DNA of 64,000 nucleotides from an uncultured Gammaproteobacteria bacterium (GCA_964407915.1 CAYOXK010000005.1:734-64733); one strand, 5' to 3'. Shown: positions 29,808 through 40,989, numbered from the stretch's first letter. The notes: generated by a model from the letters alone, not told the origin. Made by a program: numbers and translations.

Positions 29808-30692
29808 ATGACCAAAATAATTGACGGCAAACACATTGCTGCACAGATTAGACAAGAAGCCAAAGTCGAAGCAGACGCATTAAAGGCGCAAGGTATTGAG
29901 CCCTGTCTGGCGGTCGTGTTGGTGGGTGACAACCCAGCGTCAACCGCCTACGTTGGTAGCAAGGTGCGCGCGTGTGAAGAAGTGGGTGTGCGCTCGATAA
30001 AAATCACCATGGAGGCTGATTCATCCGAAGAGGCGCTCTTAAGCCAAATTGCGCAGCTCAATCAAGATTCGAGTGTGCACGGCATTTTGGTGCAGTTGCC
30101 CTTGCCTAAGCACATGAACGAAGATCGGGTAATCGAAGCACTTGACCCCGCGAAGGATGTAGATGGTTTTCATCCCGTTAATGTGGGTAAACTGGGCATC
30201 GGCCTAGATTGTTTAACGCCGTGCACTCCAAGCGGCATCCCTGAGCTGATTGTACGCAGTGGTTTGAACTTGTCGGGCCAGCACGCGGTGATTATTGGAC
30301 GCAGCAATATTGTGGGTAAACCCATGATGAACATTCTGGTGCAAAAAGGCGAAAAAGCGAATTGTACGGTTACTTGTTGTCACAGCGGTACGCGGGATCT
30401 CACCGAGTTTACTCGGCAAGCGGACATTATTATTGCTGCGATTGGCGTGCCTGAGTTTGTTAAAGCCCATATGGTTAAGCCAGGCGCAACAGTGATCGAT
30501 GTGGGCATCAACCGAATAGACGACGCCAATGACCCGCGTGGATATCGCTTAGTGGGTGATGTGGATTTTGATGATGTGAAAACCGTTGCCGGGGCTATAA
30601 CACCTGTGCCCGGTGGGGTTGGGCCTATGACTGTTGCAATGTTGATGAAAAACACCGTGAAAGCGGCGCGGATGGCCAACGCCATCAGCTAA
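29808..30692 (+). CDS. folD: Methylenetetrahydrofolate dehydrogenase/cyclohydrolase
   Basis: GILVQLPLP, KDVDGFHP, PCTP.G, GRSNIVGKP, DVGINR, ITPVPGGVGPMT. Confidence 0.98.
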   Translation: MTKIIDGKHIAAQIRQEAKVEADALKAQGIEPCLAVVLVGDNPASTAYVGSKVRACEEVGVRSIKITMEADSSEEALLSQIAQLNQDSSVHGILVQLPLPKHMNEDRVIEALDPAKDVDGFHPVNVGKLGIGLDCLTPCTPSGIPELIVRSGLNLSGQHAVIIGRSNIVGKPMMNILVQKGEKANCTVTCCHSGTRDLTEFTRQADIIIAAIGVPEFVKAHMVKPGATVIDVGINRIDDANDPRGYRLVGDVDFDDVKTVAGAITPVPGGVGPMTVAMLMKNTVKAARMANAIS

Positions 30693-30839
30693 ATCCGGGT
30701 CACTTGTCGCACCGGTGACCTGTGTCACCTCTGTGGACGTTTTAATAGAGTTGCTTGTGCTTATTGCGTTACACTCCGCGCTGGCGAAAAACCTTGCCGC
30801 CGCATCAATGTACTGTTCTGTAACCTCCCTCAAACGCGT

Positions 30840-32894
30840 GTGACTAAAGCTAAAGCAAAGTCTTCTGGCCTAAATATTTTTGGCCAACTGAATCCGCAGC
30901 AATACGAGGCGGTTAAGCAAATCGACCGACCCATGCTGGTGTTGGCGGGTGCTGGCAGCGGCAAAACACGCGTGATTACTTTTAAAATTGCCTGGTTGCT
31001 CAGCCACCATCAGATTGATCCGCGCACGATCTACGCCGTTACGTTTACGAATAAAGCGGCGCGCGAAATGAAGCAGCGTGTGAGCGAATTATTAGATCCG
31101 TCACTGTGTAAGGGTCTGACGGTTTGCACTTTTCATCGGCTTGGGATGACCCTGCTTAAAGAAGAAGTCGCGGCCTCTGGGCGCAGCCCTAATTTTTCGA
31201 TCTTTGACCCACAGGATTCCTTGCATGTGGTTAAGGAATTGCTCAAAGCGGACCTTGACGACGACGGTCTAGTGGCGCGTGTGCGCAATCAAATATCCAA
31301 TTGGAAGAATGATCTGGTCAGTCCCGAGCAAGCGCATGCATTAGCGATGACTTCGCCGATCGAAGTGGCGGCCGCCAAAGTGTATGCCGACTACGAACGG
31401 TATTTGTTAGCGTGTAATGCCGTCGATTTAGACGACTTGATCTATCTGCCCAATGTCATTTTGCGCAAATTCGATGACATCCGAGCCAAATGGCAGAAGC
31501 GTGTGCAGTTTTTACTGGTGGACGAATATCAAGACACCAATGCGGCGCAATACAATTTGGTCAAAACGCTGATCGGCGGCGCCGGGGGAACGGGTTTGAC
31601 CGCCGTGGGTGACGACGATCAATCCATTTATGCTTGGCGGGGTGCGCAGCCAGAGAATCTCGAGCATTTAGGCCGAGATTTCCCTGATTTGTTATTGGTT
31701 AAGCTAGAACAAAATTATCGTTCCATGGGGCGCATTTTGTTACTGGCCAATCAGGTGATTCAGAATAATCCACGCCCTTTTGAAAAATCGCTGTGGAGTG
31801 AATTGGGTTTTGGTGATCCAGCACTGATTATCGCGGCCGATGATGACGAGCGCGAAGCCGAGAAGGTGGTGGCCAATTTGATGCAGCATCGCTTTGAACA
31901 CCAACGCCCTTATGCGCATTACGCCATTTTGTATCGTGGTAACCATCAGTCGCGCATGCTGGAGAAAAAGTTGCGTGAAATGCGAATTCCCTATTCTTTG
32001 AGTGGCGGTCTATCGTTTTTTGAACGCTCTGAGATTAAAGATTTAATGGCGTATTTGCGTTTAATTGCTAACCCCGCTGATGACAATGCCTTTGTGCGCG
32101 CTATTAACACCCCGCGCCGCGGGATTGGTGCCAGCACTTTAGAAGCGTTGGCGACTATCGCGCGCGCCGAGCAAGGTAATCTCTACGCGTCTATCTCAAG
32201 CCCAGCCATCCACGAGCATCTAGCGCCACGCGGGCAAGTCGCCCTGCGCACGTTTGCCGATATGGTGGACGGGTTGATTGAATACAGCGATCACCACTCG
32301 GTGCCTGACACAGTAGAACAGTTATTAACCGGGATCGATTACCAGAATTGGTTGGTGAAACAAAGTGCCAGCCCCGAACAAGCAGAGATGCGCTGGCGTA
32401 ATGTGGAAGAGCTGAGTCGATGGGTTGGCTCCATTGCCGAGAAAGACGCAGCGCGCGACTTAGCCGAGGTGGTGCATGTAATCGGTTTAATGGGTATTTT
32501 AGATAAAAATGATGCCGAGGAAGACGCCAATAAAGTGTCGCTGATGACGTTACATGCCGCCAAGGGCTTAGAGTTTCCGCATGTAACGATTGTAGGGATG
32601 GAAGAAGAAATATTGCCGCATCGCACCAGTATTGAAGACGATATGGTCGAAGAGGAGCGGCGGCTCTTCTATGTGGGCATTACCCGAGCACAGCGCGATC
32701 TGGTGTTGAGCTATGCCAAAAAACGTTCGCGTTTTGGGGATGTGATAGAGTGTCAACCGAGCCGTTTTTTGGATGAATTAGATAATGAGCACATTATTTG
32801 GCAGCACCGCGAAGAGATAAGCCCCGAAAAAGCCGACGCCATCGGCGCGGCGCACTTAGCGGCAATGCGCGCTATGCTGCACTCGGCCCAATAG
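30840..32894 (+). CDS. rep: ATP-dependent DNA helicase Rep
   Basis: VLAGAGSGKT, VTFTNKAA, VDEYQDTN, VGDDDQSIY, LEQNYRS, MTLHAAKGLEF; Rep-like LWSELG and LSGGLSFF segments. Confidence 0.9.
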   Translation: MTKAKAKSSGLNIFGQLNPQQYEAVKQIDRPMLVLAGAGSGKTRVITFKIAWLLSHHQIDPRTIYAVTFTNKAAREMKQRVSELLDPSLCKGLTVCTFHRLGMTLLKEEVAASGRSPNFSIFDPQDSLHVVKELLKADLDDDGLVARVRNQISNWKNDLVSPEQAHALAMTSPIEVAAAKVYADYERYLLACNAVDLDDLIYLPNVILRKFDDIRAKWQKRVQFLLVDEYQDTNAAQYNLVKTLIGGAGGTGLTAVGDDDQSIYAWRGAQPENLEHLGRDFPDLLLVKLEQNYRSMGRILLLANQVIQNNPRPFEKSLWSELGFGDPALIIAADDDEREAEKVVANLMQHRFEHQRPYAHYAILYRGNHQSRMLEKKLREMRIPYSLSGGLSFFERSEIKDLMAYLRLIANPADDNAFVRAINTPRRGIGASTLEALATIARAEQGNLYASISSPAIHEHLAPRGQVALRTFADMVDGLIEYSDHHSVPDTVEQLLTGIDYQNWLVKQSASPEQAEMRWRNVEELSRWVGSIAEKDAARDLAEVVHVIGLMGILDKNDAEEDANKVSLMTLHAAKGLEFPHVTIVGMEEEILPHRTSIEDDMVEEERRLFYVGITRAQRDLVLSYAKKRSRFGDVIECQPSRFLDELDNEHIIWQHREEISPEKADAIGAAHLAAMRAMLHSAQ

Positions 32895-33156
32895 TAAAGG
32901 TTTTGGTGGCTTGAAAAAGCCGCACAAAAAGCGCCATGTGAGCGCAAACACTTGACACATCTGGTACAATCACCGCGCTTCAGTGTCTCTGTCGCCCAGC
33001 CTTTATCGTTTGTTTGTAAATGGAATGGTACTCGTTGACGTAACTGGGTTTAAAAGGCTTCTGGTAATGCTTCTGGAAAGAGGGTTGTGTTGGTAAACTG
33101 CCAACCTTGAGTGTGTTAATTTATAGATAGGCTCTTTCAAATTAAGAGCTACTAAT

Positions 33157-33208
33157 TTGAGGAGTAACTATGTTTAGGAGTACAACGTTGAGGAGTAATT
33201 ATGTCTGA
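33157..33208 (+). promoter_or_regulatory. Duplicated ribosome-binding region and 12-codon uORF overlapping the petA start
   Basis: ttgaggagtaa(c/t)tatgt at 33157 and 33188. ATG 33170 to TGA 33208 encodes MFRSTTLRSNYV. Confidence 0.5.
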
Positions 33209-33821
33209 CAACCATGATCTCGACAATCCGGTCGAAGATGTGAAAAGGCGTCGTTTTTTGACTGGACTCGCTGCGGGCTATGGCGCAGTGGGTGTCGGTT
33301 TTGCCGCAACCCCTTTCGTAGTGAGCATGCAGCCTAGCGAACGCGCTAAAAATGCTGGTGCTCCCGTATTTTTTGATTTTTCTAAGCTTGAAGAAGGTCG
33401 GCTTGTAAAGGTTGAATGGCGTGGCAAGCCTGTCGTAATTTTGCGTCGCAGCCCAGCGATGATGCAAGGCCTTGACGAAATTAAAGATAATCTTGCTGAC
33501 CCCAACTCCTTAGTGAGCGTGCAACCGAGTTATGCGCAGAACAATCAGCGTGCCGATGCTGCCCGTCCAGATGTGTTGGTAATGGAAAGCGTCTGTACGC
33601 ATTTGGGCTGTTCGCCGGTGGAAAAACTCACCATTGGACCAGACCCCGAAATGGGCGCCGATTCCCAAGGTGGCTTTTTCTGCCCCTGTCACGGTTCTAA
33701 ATTTGATCTTGCTGGCCGCGTATACAAAAACGTACCCGCAACGACTAACATGACAATACCGCCGTACAAATTTGTTGGCGATGTTGTTACGATCGGCGAA
33801 GACGACGGGAGGACTGCGTAA
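33201..33821 (+). CDS. petA: Ubiquinol-cytochrome c reductase Rieske subunit
   Basis: Tat-type RRRFL, CTHLGC, CPCHGS, PPY. Confidence 0.97.
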   Translation: MSDNHDLDNPVEDVKRRRFLTGLAAGYGAVGVGFAATPFVVSMQPSERAKNAGAPVFFDFSKLEEGRLVKVEWRGKPVVILRRSPAMMQGLDEIKDNLADPNSLVSVQPSYAQNNQRADAARPDVLVMESVCTHLGCSPVEKLTIGPDPEMGADSQGGFFCPCHGSKFDLAGRVYKNVPATTNMTIPPYKFVGDVVTIGEDDGRTA

Positions 33822-35215
33822 TGGCTATTCATCGTCACGATAATCATAAAAGCGCCAATGCTTTTATGCAGTGGATAGACGCGCGTCTACCCGTAACCAA
33901 AGTTTGGAATGAGCACTTGGCCGAATACATGGCGCCCAAGAATTTCAATTTTTGGTACTTTTTTGGCTCACTCGCCATTCTGATGCTGGTTGTACAACTG
34001 GTTACCGGCATCTTCTTAACCATGCATTATAAGCCGGATGCACAGCTTGCCTTTGCGTCGGTTGAATACATCATGCGCGATGTGCCCTACGGCTGGTTAG
34101 TGAGGTATTTGCACTCAACCGGCGCGAGCATGTTCTTTGTGGTGGTTTATTTGCACATGTTTCGCGGCGTTATCTATGGTTCGCACCGCGAACCGCGTGA
34201 GCTTGTGTGGCTCATAGGCTGTTTGATTTTTGTCGCGTTAATGGCCGAAGCGTTTATGGGCTATTTGCTGCCATGGGGCAATATGTCGTACTGGGGTGCG
34301 CAAGTAATCATCTCGTTGTTTGATGTAATCCCTTACTTTGGGCCAATGCTCACTGAATGGATTCGCGGCGACTTCGTTATTTCCGACGCCACTTTGAATC
34401 GCTTCTTTGCTTTTCATGTCATTCTTATGCCGCTTATTTTAGTGGCACTGGTGTTTTTGCACCTGGTGGCATTGCACCATGTGGGCTCGAATAATCCAGA
34501 TGGTATTGATATTTATGACCACGTAGACGAAAACGGCAAGCCACTTGACGGTATTCCGTTTCATCCTTACTACACGGTGCATGATCTAGTCGGCGTGTCA
34601 GGATTCTTGATTATCTATCTGGGTATTGTGTTTTTTGCGCCTGATTTTGGCGGTATCTTTTTAGAGAAGGACAATTTCGCGCCGGCCAATCAATTGCAAA
34701 CTCCAGTGGATATTGTGCCGCTTTGGTACTTTACGCCGTACTACTCTATCCTGCGCGCGAGCACCGACGACCTGTTGTTCTGGCTACAAGTTATTACCGG
34801 TGTGTCAGCCCTATTGATGTTGGTGTTCGGTAAGTACAGCTTTAAGAGCAAGATTGCTATTGGCGTTGGTGCCGTAGTGTTGATCGCTGGCTTGGATTAT
34901 GGCTCGGGCAAAGCGTGGGGCGTAATTTTGATGGCGGCCGCAATCGTGGTGTTCTTCTTGTTGCCATGGTTAGACCGCTCGCCGGTTAGATCAATTCGCT
35001 ACCGAAGTTGGCCATTTAAAGTGGCACTCGCGTTATTTGTGGTGGCTTTTGTGATTCTTGGGTATTTGGGAATGAACTCACCATCTCCAGGTCGCACCGC
35101 GTTGGCACAGGTTTGCACGGTTATCTATTTTGCGTTTTTCATACTCATGCCGTGGTTCACAAGCATTGGAAAAACCAAACCCGTGCCAGAACGTGTCACG
35201 TTTACACCGCATTAG
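33821..35215 (+). CDS. petB: Cytochrome b
   Basis: NFWYFFGS, RYLHSTGAS, GYLLPWG.MSYWG, LNRFFAFH, P.WYF (PLWY). Confidence 0.98.
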   Translation: MAIHRHDNHKSANAFMQWIDARLPVTKVWNEHLAEYMAPKNFNFWYFFGSLAILMLVVQLVTGIFLTMHYKPDAQLAFASVEYIMRDVPYGWLVRYLHSTGASMFFVVVYLHMFRGVIYGSHREPRELVWLIGCLIFVALMAEAFMGYLLPWGNMSYWGAQVIISLFDVIPYFGPMLTEWIRGDFVISDATLNRFFAFHVILMPLILVALVFLHLVALHHVGSNNPDGIDIYDHVDENGKPLDGIPFHPYYTVHDLVGVSGFLIIYLGIVFFAPDFGGIFLEKDNFAPANQLQTPVDIVPLWYFTPYYSILRASTDDLLFWLQVITGVSALLMLVFGKYSFKSKIAIGVGAVVLIAGLDYGSGKAWGVILMAAAIVVFFLLPWLDRSPVRSIRYRSWPFKVALALFVVAFVILGYLGMNSPSPGRTALAQVCTVIYFAFFILMPWFTSIGKTKPVPERVTFTPH

Positions 35216-35234
35216 TCGCAAGGGAGAATTAATT

Positions 35235-36056
35235 ATGAAAAAAGTAATATCAGCTTTCATTTCTTGCGCGGCGGTGCTGGCCTTAGGGTTTACAACTCTG
35301 GGTACGGCTTATGCGGCTGGCGGGTCTAAAGTGCCGTTGGACAAAGCGTATTTGAATATGAGCGACAAGGCGTCTTTGCAAAGCGGCGCTAAATTGTTCG
35401 TCAATTACTGTTTGTCGTGCCACAGTGCCGAGTATTCGCGCTACAACCGCGTTGCCGAAGATTTGGACATTCCGATGGATCTGCTCAAAGAGAACTTAAT
35501 GTTCACAAGCGAGAAGACTGGCGATCGGATGACAACCACGATGCCCGCGGCGGACGCTAAGCGTTGGTTTGGCGTGGCGCCTCCCGATTTGTCGTTGGTT
35601 GCTAAAGTGCGTAAACCAGATTGGATTTATACGTATCTGCGTGCGTTCTATTTAGATGAAAGCTCGCCAAGCGGATGGAATAACTCCTTATTTCAAAATG
35701 TAGCAATGCCACACGCGATGTACGAACTTCAGGGCGTGCAACGTTTAGTGGGCAAAAAAGATGCTGCGCATGCTGAATCGGGTGAGCACGCCGAGAGTGA
35801 CGTGGTAATGCCAAGCACGAGCGAAGCGGTGTTAACGACCGTTGGCGATACCATTTTTGAACTGCAACACCCTGGTAAAATGACGCCTGCTGAGTTCGAT
35901 GCGGCGATGGAAGATCTCACCTTGTTTCTAACGTATTTAGGCGAACCTGCGCAAATGCAGCGTAAAACCATGGGCGTGTACACTTTGGCCTTCCTAATTG
36001 GTTTATTGTTGCTCTGTTATATGTTGAATAAAGAGTTTTGGCGCGACGTACATTAG
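35235..36056 (+). CDS. petC: Cytochrome c1
   Basis: Signal peptide, CLSCH, PPDLSL, MPH, C-terminal transmembrane helix. Confidence 0.96.
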   Translation: MKKVISAFISCAAVLALGFTTLGTAYAAGGSKVPLDKAYLNMSDKASLQSGAKLFVNYCLSCHSAEYSRYNRVAEDLDIPMDLLKENLMFTSEKTGDRMTTTMPAADAKRWFGVAPPDLSLVAKVRKPDWIYTYLRAFYLDESSPSGWNNSLFQNVAMPHAMYELQGVQRLVGKKDAAHAESGEHAESDVVMPSTSEAVLTTVGDTIFELQHPGKMTPAEFDAAMEDLTLFLTYLGEPAQMQRKTMGVYTLAFLIGLLLLCYMLNKEFWRDVH

Positions 36057-36097
36057 TAGCCACTACTAAGACGCTCGCAACAATACGCTCGGGCTTG

Positions 36098-36140
36098 CAC
36101 CGAACTGATTTCCGTAAGCGAATCAGTTCGGTGACCTTTT
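36098..36140 (+). terminator. Terminator-like hairpin after petC
   Basis: caccgaactgatt...aatcagttcggtg inverted repeat followed by cctttt. Confidence 0.6.
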
Positions 36141-36290
36141 GTAGCTTGCGCTTTTGCTAAACGGTCATCTTTCGCAAATCGATTAACACGACAGTCGATG
36201 AACAATCAGGACGTTCTTCTCAGTAAGCCTGCCAGAAACTAAAGCTTGGCAAACGTCATCTCACTAACTTTACTAAAGCGACTCCTAATC

Positions 36291-36917
36291 ATGCTTAACA
36301 CATTATCAACGCGACGGTCTCTGATGAGCCTTTATTCGGGCACCGACTGCATACTAAGCCATGCTTGCCGTATCGTCATTCATGAGAAAGATATTGAGTG
36401 TGAGGTGGTTTACACAGACCCCACTGACACCTGTCAGGAATTGGCCGAGTTTAATCCCTATTACGAGACGCCAACGCTAGTTGATCGCGATCTGATCTTA
36501 TATGACGCGTTCATTATTAACGAATATCTCGATGAGCGGTTGCCGCATCCACCTTTGATGCCGGTTGACCCAGTCGCGCGCGCCAAGCAACGCCTAATGA
36601 TCATGCGTTTAAACCGTGATTGGTTAGGTTCGTTTAAAGCGCTGCAAGCCAATAGAGGCGATAAAGAAGCGCACAAAGTTATTCGCGATGGCTTCATTTC
36701 AATTTCGCCGCTATTTCAAGAGCAAGCGTATGCAATGGGGGACGACTACACGTTAGTGGATGTAGTGCTCGCGCCCTTGTTGTGGCGTTTGCCCGCGCTA
36801 AATATTGTCCTGCCGCGGCAGGCTCAAGTAGTTGAAGACTATGCTGAAAAATTGTTTAGCCGCCCCGCGTTTCAAGATAGTTTGAGCGATACCGAACGCG
36901 ACATGCGAGGTTTTTAA
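36291..36917 (+). CDS. sspA: Stringent starvation protein A
   Basis: GST fold; NPY.ETPTLVDRDL.LY, EYLDER.PHPPLMPVDP..RA, APLLWRL. Confidence 0.95.
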   Translation: MLNTLSTRRSLMSLYSGTDCILSHACRIVIHEKDIECEVVYTDPTDTCQELAEFNPYYETPTLVDRDLILYDAFIINEYLDERLPHPPLMPVDPVARAKQRLMIMRLNRDWLGSFKALQANRGDKEAHKVIRDGFISISPLFQEQAYAMGDDYTLVDVVLAPLLWRLPALNIVLPRQAQVVEDYAEKLFSRPAFQDSLSDTERDMRGF

Positions 36918-36942
36918 GGCTTTTTACGCCTATTGATTGCTT

Positions 36943-37434
36943 ATGCTTGCTACCAAACCCTATTTGTTGCGCGCCATTTACGAGTGGGCTGAAGACAACG
37001 GGTTTACCCCACAAATTTTAGTTAACGCGACCGCGCCTGGTGTCATAGTGCCGCGCCACCACGTGGTGGACGGACATATCGTTCTGAATATCGGCGCGTC
37101 GGCGATCAAGCTGCACACGATGGATAACGAGTTTTTGCGGTTTTCAGCTCGCTTCGGTGGGGTTGAAGAACACATTGAATTACCGATTGATTCAATCACG
37201 GCCATATTTGCGCGCGAGAACTCACAAGGAATATACTTTGAGTCTGAAGAGCGTACTCCAGCATTCGTCAGCAGCAGTGACGTACCGAGAAAGAAACCGC
37301 ATTCCTTAACGAGCAATTCAAAAGACGCAGGAACAGCTAAGAAGGAGTCGGGTAAGCCGGTTAAGAAAGGCCCGACCAAAGGCTCGTCAAAAAGTAGCTC
37401 TTCTAAGCCTTCGCACTTGAAAATCATCAAGTAA
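36943..37434 (+). CDS. sspB: ClpXP adaptor SspB
   Basis: KPYLLRAIYEW..DNG.TP, FSARFGG, ARE..QG; C-terminal HLKIIK ClpX-binding motif. Confidence 0.95.
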   Translation: MLATKPYLLRAIYEWAEDNGFTPQILVNATAPGVIVPRHHVVDGHIVLNIGASAIKLHTMDNEFLRFSARFGGVEEHIELPIDSITAIFARENSQGIYFESEERTPAFVSSSDVPRKKPHSLTSNSKDAGTAKKESGKPVKKGPTKGSSKSSSSKPSHLKIIK

Positions 37435-37572
37435 CCTCCAGTATTACTAGACTGTTGCTCAGCGCCAGTACAGCGAAGTAAGCTGTTACTGTTCACCCAA
37501 GCTCATCGCTACTCTGCCGCTATGCGGCCTTGTCTACTTTGCGTAGGATCACGCATTTCTATAGGAGACCCC

Positions 37573-38124
37573 ATGCCAGAATTCAGAGGAACGACCATAC
37601 TGTCAGTGCGTCGTGGTAACCAAGTAGTGATTGGTGGCGACGGCCAAGTGTCGCTTGGCAATACCATCATGAAAGGCAATGCCTGCAAAGTTAGACGTTT
37701 ACATAAGGGTCAGGTGATAGCCGGTTTTGCCGGCAGTACGGCCGATGCGTTTACCTTATTCGAACTGTTTGATGCCAAGCTAGCCAAACACCAAGGTAAT
37801 TTAACCAAGGCCGCCGTAGAGCTTGCCAAAGACTGGCGTACTGACCGCATGTTACGCAAGCTCGAAGCTTTGCTGTGCGTGGCGGATAAAGACGCGTCAT
37901 TTGTTATTTCGGGCAATGGCGATGTAATTGAACCGCAAGGGGGTGTTATGGCCATCGGCTCCGGTGGGCCGTATGCTGAATCGGCCGCGCGGGCATTGTT
38001 TGCTAATACTGAATTGAGCGCGCGCGAAATTGTTGAAGCATCATTGAACATTGCCGCCGATATCTGCATTTATACCAATCACAATCTTACGATCGAAGAA
38101 TTGACCATAGAGAACCCAGCATGA
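37573..38124 (+). CDS. hslV: ATP-dependent protease subunit HslV
   Basis: [37 protein letters not shown]. Confidence 0.98.
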   Translation: MPEFRGTTILSVRRGNQVVIGGDGQVSLGNTIMKGNACKVRRLHKGQVIAGFAGSTADAFTLFELFDAKLAKHQGNLTKAAVELAKDWRTDRMLRKLEALLCVADKDASFVISGNGDVIEPQGGVMAIGSGGPYAESAARALFANTELSAREIVEASLNIAADICIYTNHNLTIEELTIENPA

Positions 38125-39461
38125 GCGAAATGACCCCCCGAGAAATTGTTCAGGAACTCGACAAACACATCATCGGCCAAACGAGCGCGAAGCGCGCTGT
38201 GGCGATTGCACTGCGTAATCGCTGGCGTCGTACACAGGTGAGCGACGCGGATTTGCGTCGCGAAATTACCCCTAAGAATATTCTGATGATTGGCCCCACC
38301 GGTGTGGGTAAAACGGAAATTGCGCGCCGATTAGCCAATCTCGCGAACGCGCCGTTTCTTAAAGTAGAAGCGACTAAGTTTACTGAAGTGGGTTATGTGG
38401 GGCGCGAAGTGGATTCGATCATTCGTGACCTAGCTGACATAGCGGTTAAACGCGAACGCGAATTCGAAACCTTAAAAGTACAAGCACGCGCCGAAGATGC
38501 CGCTGAAGAGCGCGTGCTCGACATATTATTGCCGCCAGCCCGCGATGTGGGCTTTGCGGCTGAGTCTGCGCAAAGCTCGGAAGGCGCTGGCCGCCAGCGC
38601 TTTCGTAAAAAACTGCGCGAAGGCGATCTGGACGATAAAGAAATAGAAATTCAAGTGAGCCCCTCCAAGGTGGGTGTGGAGCTGTTTGGTCCGCAAGGCA
38701 TGGAAGATATCACCAATCAGTTGCAAGGCATGATGCAAAGCTTTGGTTCGCAAAAGAAACAAGCGCGCAAAGTAACCGTGAAAGAAGCACTCAAGTTGCT
38801 TGCCGAGGACGAAGCCACCAAACTGATTTCTGAAGAAGACATAAAGCTCAATGCCATCGAGCGCTTAGAGAATCACGGCATTGTGTTTATCGACGAAATC
38901 GACAAGATCGTGGGCCGCAGCGAAGCGGGTAAAAGCCCAGATGTTTCGCGTGAAGGCGTGCAGCGCGACCTGTTGCCGTTAATCGAGGGTAGTACCGTGT
39001 CGACCAAATACGGTATGGTTAAAACGGATCATATTTTGTTCATCGGCTCGGGCGCATTCCAGCTGTCAAAGCCTAGTGATCTTATTCCAGAATTACAGGG
39101 ACGCATGCCTATTCGTGTAGAGCTTAAGGCGCTTACGGTTGAGGATTTTACGCGCATCTTAACCGAGCCTGATGCCGCGCTGACTACGCAATACAAAGCG
39201 CTGCTTGCCACCGAGAATGTGGGTTTAGAGTTTACCGAAGACGGTATTGCCCGTTTGGCTGAGCTGGCGTGGAAAGTGAACGAGAGCACTGAGAATATTG
39301 GCGCCCGACGCCTGCACACCTTGCTCGAACGTTTATTAGAAACCGTGTCGTTTGAGGCCAGTGACCGCTCCGGCGATCGCGTGGTTATTAATCAAGCGTT
39401 TGTGAACGAGCACTTAGACGAGCTCGCAGAGGATGAAGACTATGCGCGCTACATACTGTAA
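38121..39461 (+). CDS. hslU: ATP-dependent protease ATPase subunit HslU
   Basis: [48 protein letters not shown]. Confidence 0.98.
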   Translation: MSEMTPREIVQELDKHIIGQTSAKRAVAIALRNRWRRTQVSDADLRREITPKNILMIGPTGVGKTEIARRLANLANAPFLKVEATKFTEVGYVGREVDSIIRDLADIAVKREREFETLKVQARAEDAAEERVLDILLPPARDVGFAAESAQSSEGAGRQRFRKKLREGDLDDKEIEIQVSPSKVGVELFGPQGMEDITNQLQGMMQSFGSQKKQARKVTVKEALKLLAEDEATKLISEEDIKLNAIERLENHGIVFIDEIDKIVGRSEAGKSPDVSREGVQRDLLPLIEGSTVSTKYGMVKTDHILFIGSGAFQLSKPSDLIPELQGRMPIRVELKALTVEDFTRILTEPDAALTTQYKALLATENVGLEFTEDGIARLAELAWKVNESTENIGARRLHTLLERLLETVSFEASDRSGDRVVINQAFVNEHLDELAEDEDYARYIL

Positions 39462-39497
39462 CGCTTACGACACTGGCTACCTAGGCGCAGCGCGACA

Positions 39498-39818
39498 ATG
39501 ATCTTTGCCATTCTGTTTGTGTTGGTGTTTTTAGTGGGGGCCGTCACCTACCACTACACATCGCAATGGTGGCACGGCGTTGCACTCGCTGCGGTGTTGT
39601 TCAGCTTAAACGTGGTGTCGGACCAGGCCGCCCGCGAGTACTGGCTAATTAGCCTGATTTTTGGCTTACCAATTGTATTCGTGGCCGCGTTGTTAGGCGC
39701 TTATGTGGTGGAACAACGACGCACGACGCATGAGGTCGGTGAAGGGTTCGACGAAAACCCAAAGGCCGAATCGCCCACGGAATCAGCCTCGTCACCCAAG
39801 CAGCCACAGAGCGACTAA
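39498..39818 (+). CDS. Hypothetical membrane protein
   Basis: Three hydrophobic segments and an acidic tail. Confidence 0.6.
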   Translation: MIFAILFVLVFLVGAVTYHYTSQWWHGVALAAVLFSLNVVSDQAAREYWLISLIFGLPIVFVAALLGAYVVEQRRTTHEVGEGFDENPKAESPTESASSPKQPQSD

Positions 39819-39825
39819 TGACAGC

Positions 39826-40989
39826 CTAATCATCCCGCTTAATCGTAATATCGCGTTTAGGATACGGAATTTCCAAGCCGTTTTCGCGAAAGGCTCGATG
39901 CATATCCTTTACGAGGGTGTGGATTACTTTACCCCGCAGCTCGGGTTCATCAATCCAACCGAGTAATTCTACCGAGACACCGCTGGCCGCAAAGCCCCGA
40001 AACCGCACCCGCGGCGCGGGAAAAGCACAGATTTCTGGGTGGTTCGTGGCTACCTGCATCAACACTTCCTCAACTTGATCTAAGTTAGCGTCGTAGGCGC
40101 ACTCCATCGGCACGCGAATGCGCATTTTCAGGTGCGAGCCGCCGCTTTCGTTAACCACCATAGCATTGCCAATGATGCCATTAGGAATGGTGGCTTCGAT
40201 GTCGTCCCGCGTGAGTATGCGCGTACTGCGAATACCGATGTGCGTTACTTTGCCGCGCTCCCCGCTTGATAAATTGATGTAGTCGCCGACCTTATAGGGG
40301 CGGTCGGCCAGAATGAACATACCCGAAAATAGGTTGGCAAGCGTATCTTTGGCGGCAAAACCCACCGCGATACCCACTACCCCAGCTGACGCTAATAGCC
40401 CCACGGGATTGATACCCCAGATCATTAATACGGTATAGGCGCTTACCAGCAAGATCAATATTTTGCTGACAATAATCAATAGGGGCTCAGTGCGTATGTC
40501 AATGCTTTGAAATCGCACTGGGTCTTTAGAGAGCGCGGTAATGAGTAAGCTGCTAATACGCAGGGCCGTACGCGTTAGTACAAACACCAGCATGGTTAGG
40601 GCGAAAGGTGTAATGTAGCCCGCCAAACCTTCAGTAAAGCCTGCCGAGCGCGTGGCGATGATCAATCCAAGCCACATCACAAAGGAAAAAATAGGCCGCC
40701 TAAGACCCTCGATAACCTCGTCGTGGATAGTGGTGCTGGTGTGGTGGGTTATCCGCTTGAGTAGCATGATGAGATAGGTGCGCAAACCAAAGGCAAGGCC
40801 GTAGAACAACGTAAATATCGCTAAGGCCTCCACGACAGGGTAAGTTTGTACGATCTCCCAATAGGGCTGTACTTGGCTCGGGAGCAAGTCAGCAAATGCC
40901 GGTAACTGTTCGTTAAAGTCAATGCGTGCGGGGGACGCCGCATCCGCTACTGCGGTATCGGTGGGGGGTGTTGTGTTGGGTTCGTTCAT
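39826..40989 (-). CDS. Mechanosensitive ion channel (MscS family)
   Basis: GIAVGFAAKDTLANLFSG, RPYKVGD, G.V..IG.RST, IPN. Confidence 0.93.
   Translation of the reverse strand: MNEPNTTPPTDTAVADAASPARIDFNEQLPAFADLLPSQVQPYWEIVQTYPVVEALAIFTLFYGLAFGLRTYLIMLLKRITHHTSTTIHDEVIEGLRRPIFSFVMWLGLIIATRSAGFTEGLAGYITPFALTMLVFVLTRTALRISSLLITALSKDPVRFQSIDIRTEPLLIIVSKILILLVSAYTVLMIWGINPVGLLASAGVVGIAVGFAAKDTLANLFSGMFILADRPYKVGDYINLSSGERGKVTHIGIRSTRILTRDDIEATIPNGIIGNAMVVNESGGSHLKMRIRVPMECAYDANLDQVEEVLMQVATNHPEICAFPAPRVRFRGFAASGVSVELLGWIDEPELRGKVIHTLVKDMHRAFRENGLEIPYPKRDITIKRDD

Noticed and set aside
32952-32970. TTGACA and TACAAT upstream of petA as a sigma70 promoter
   Set aside because: Only 7 bp between the hexamers.
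36978-37496. 172-aa minus-strand ORF
   Set aside because: Antisense to sspB with no recognisable motifs.
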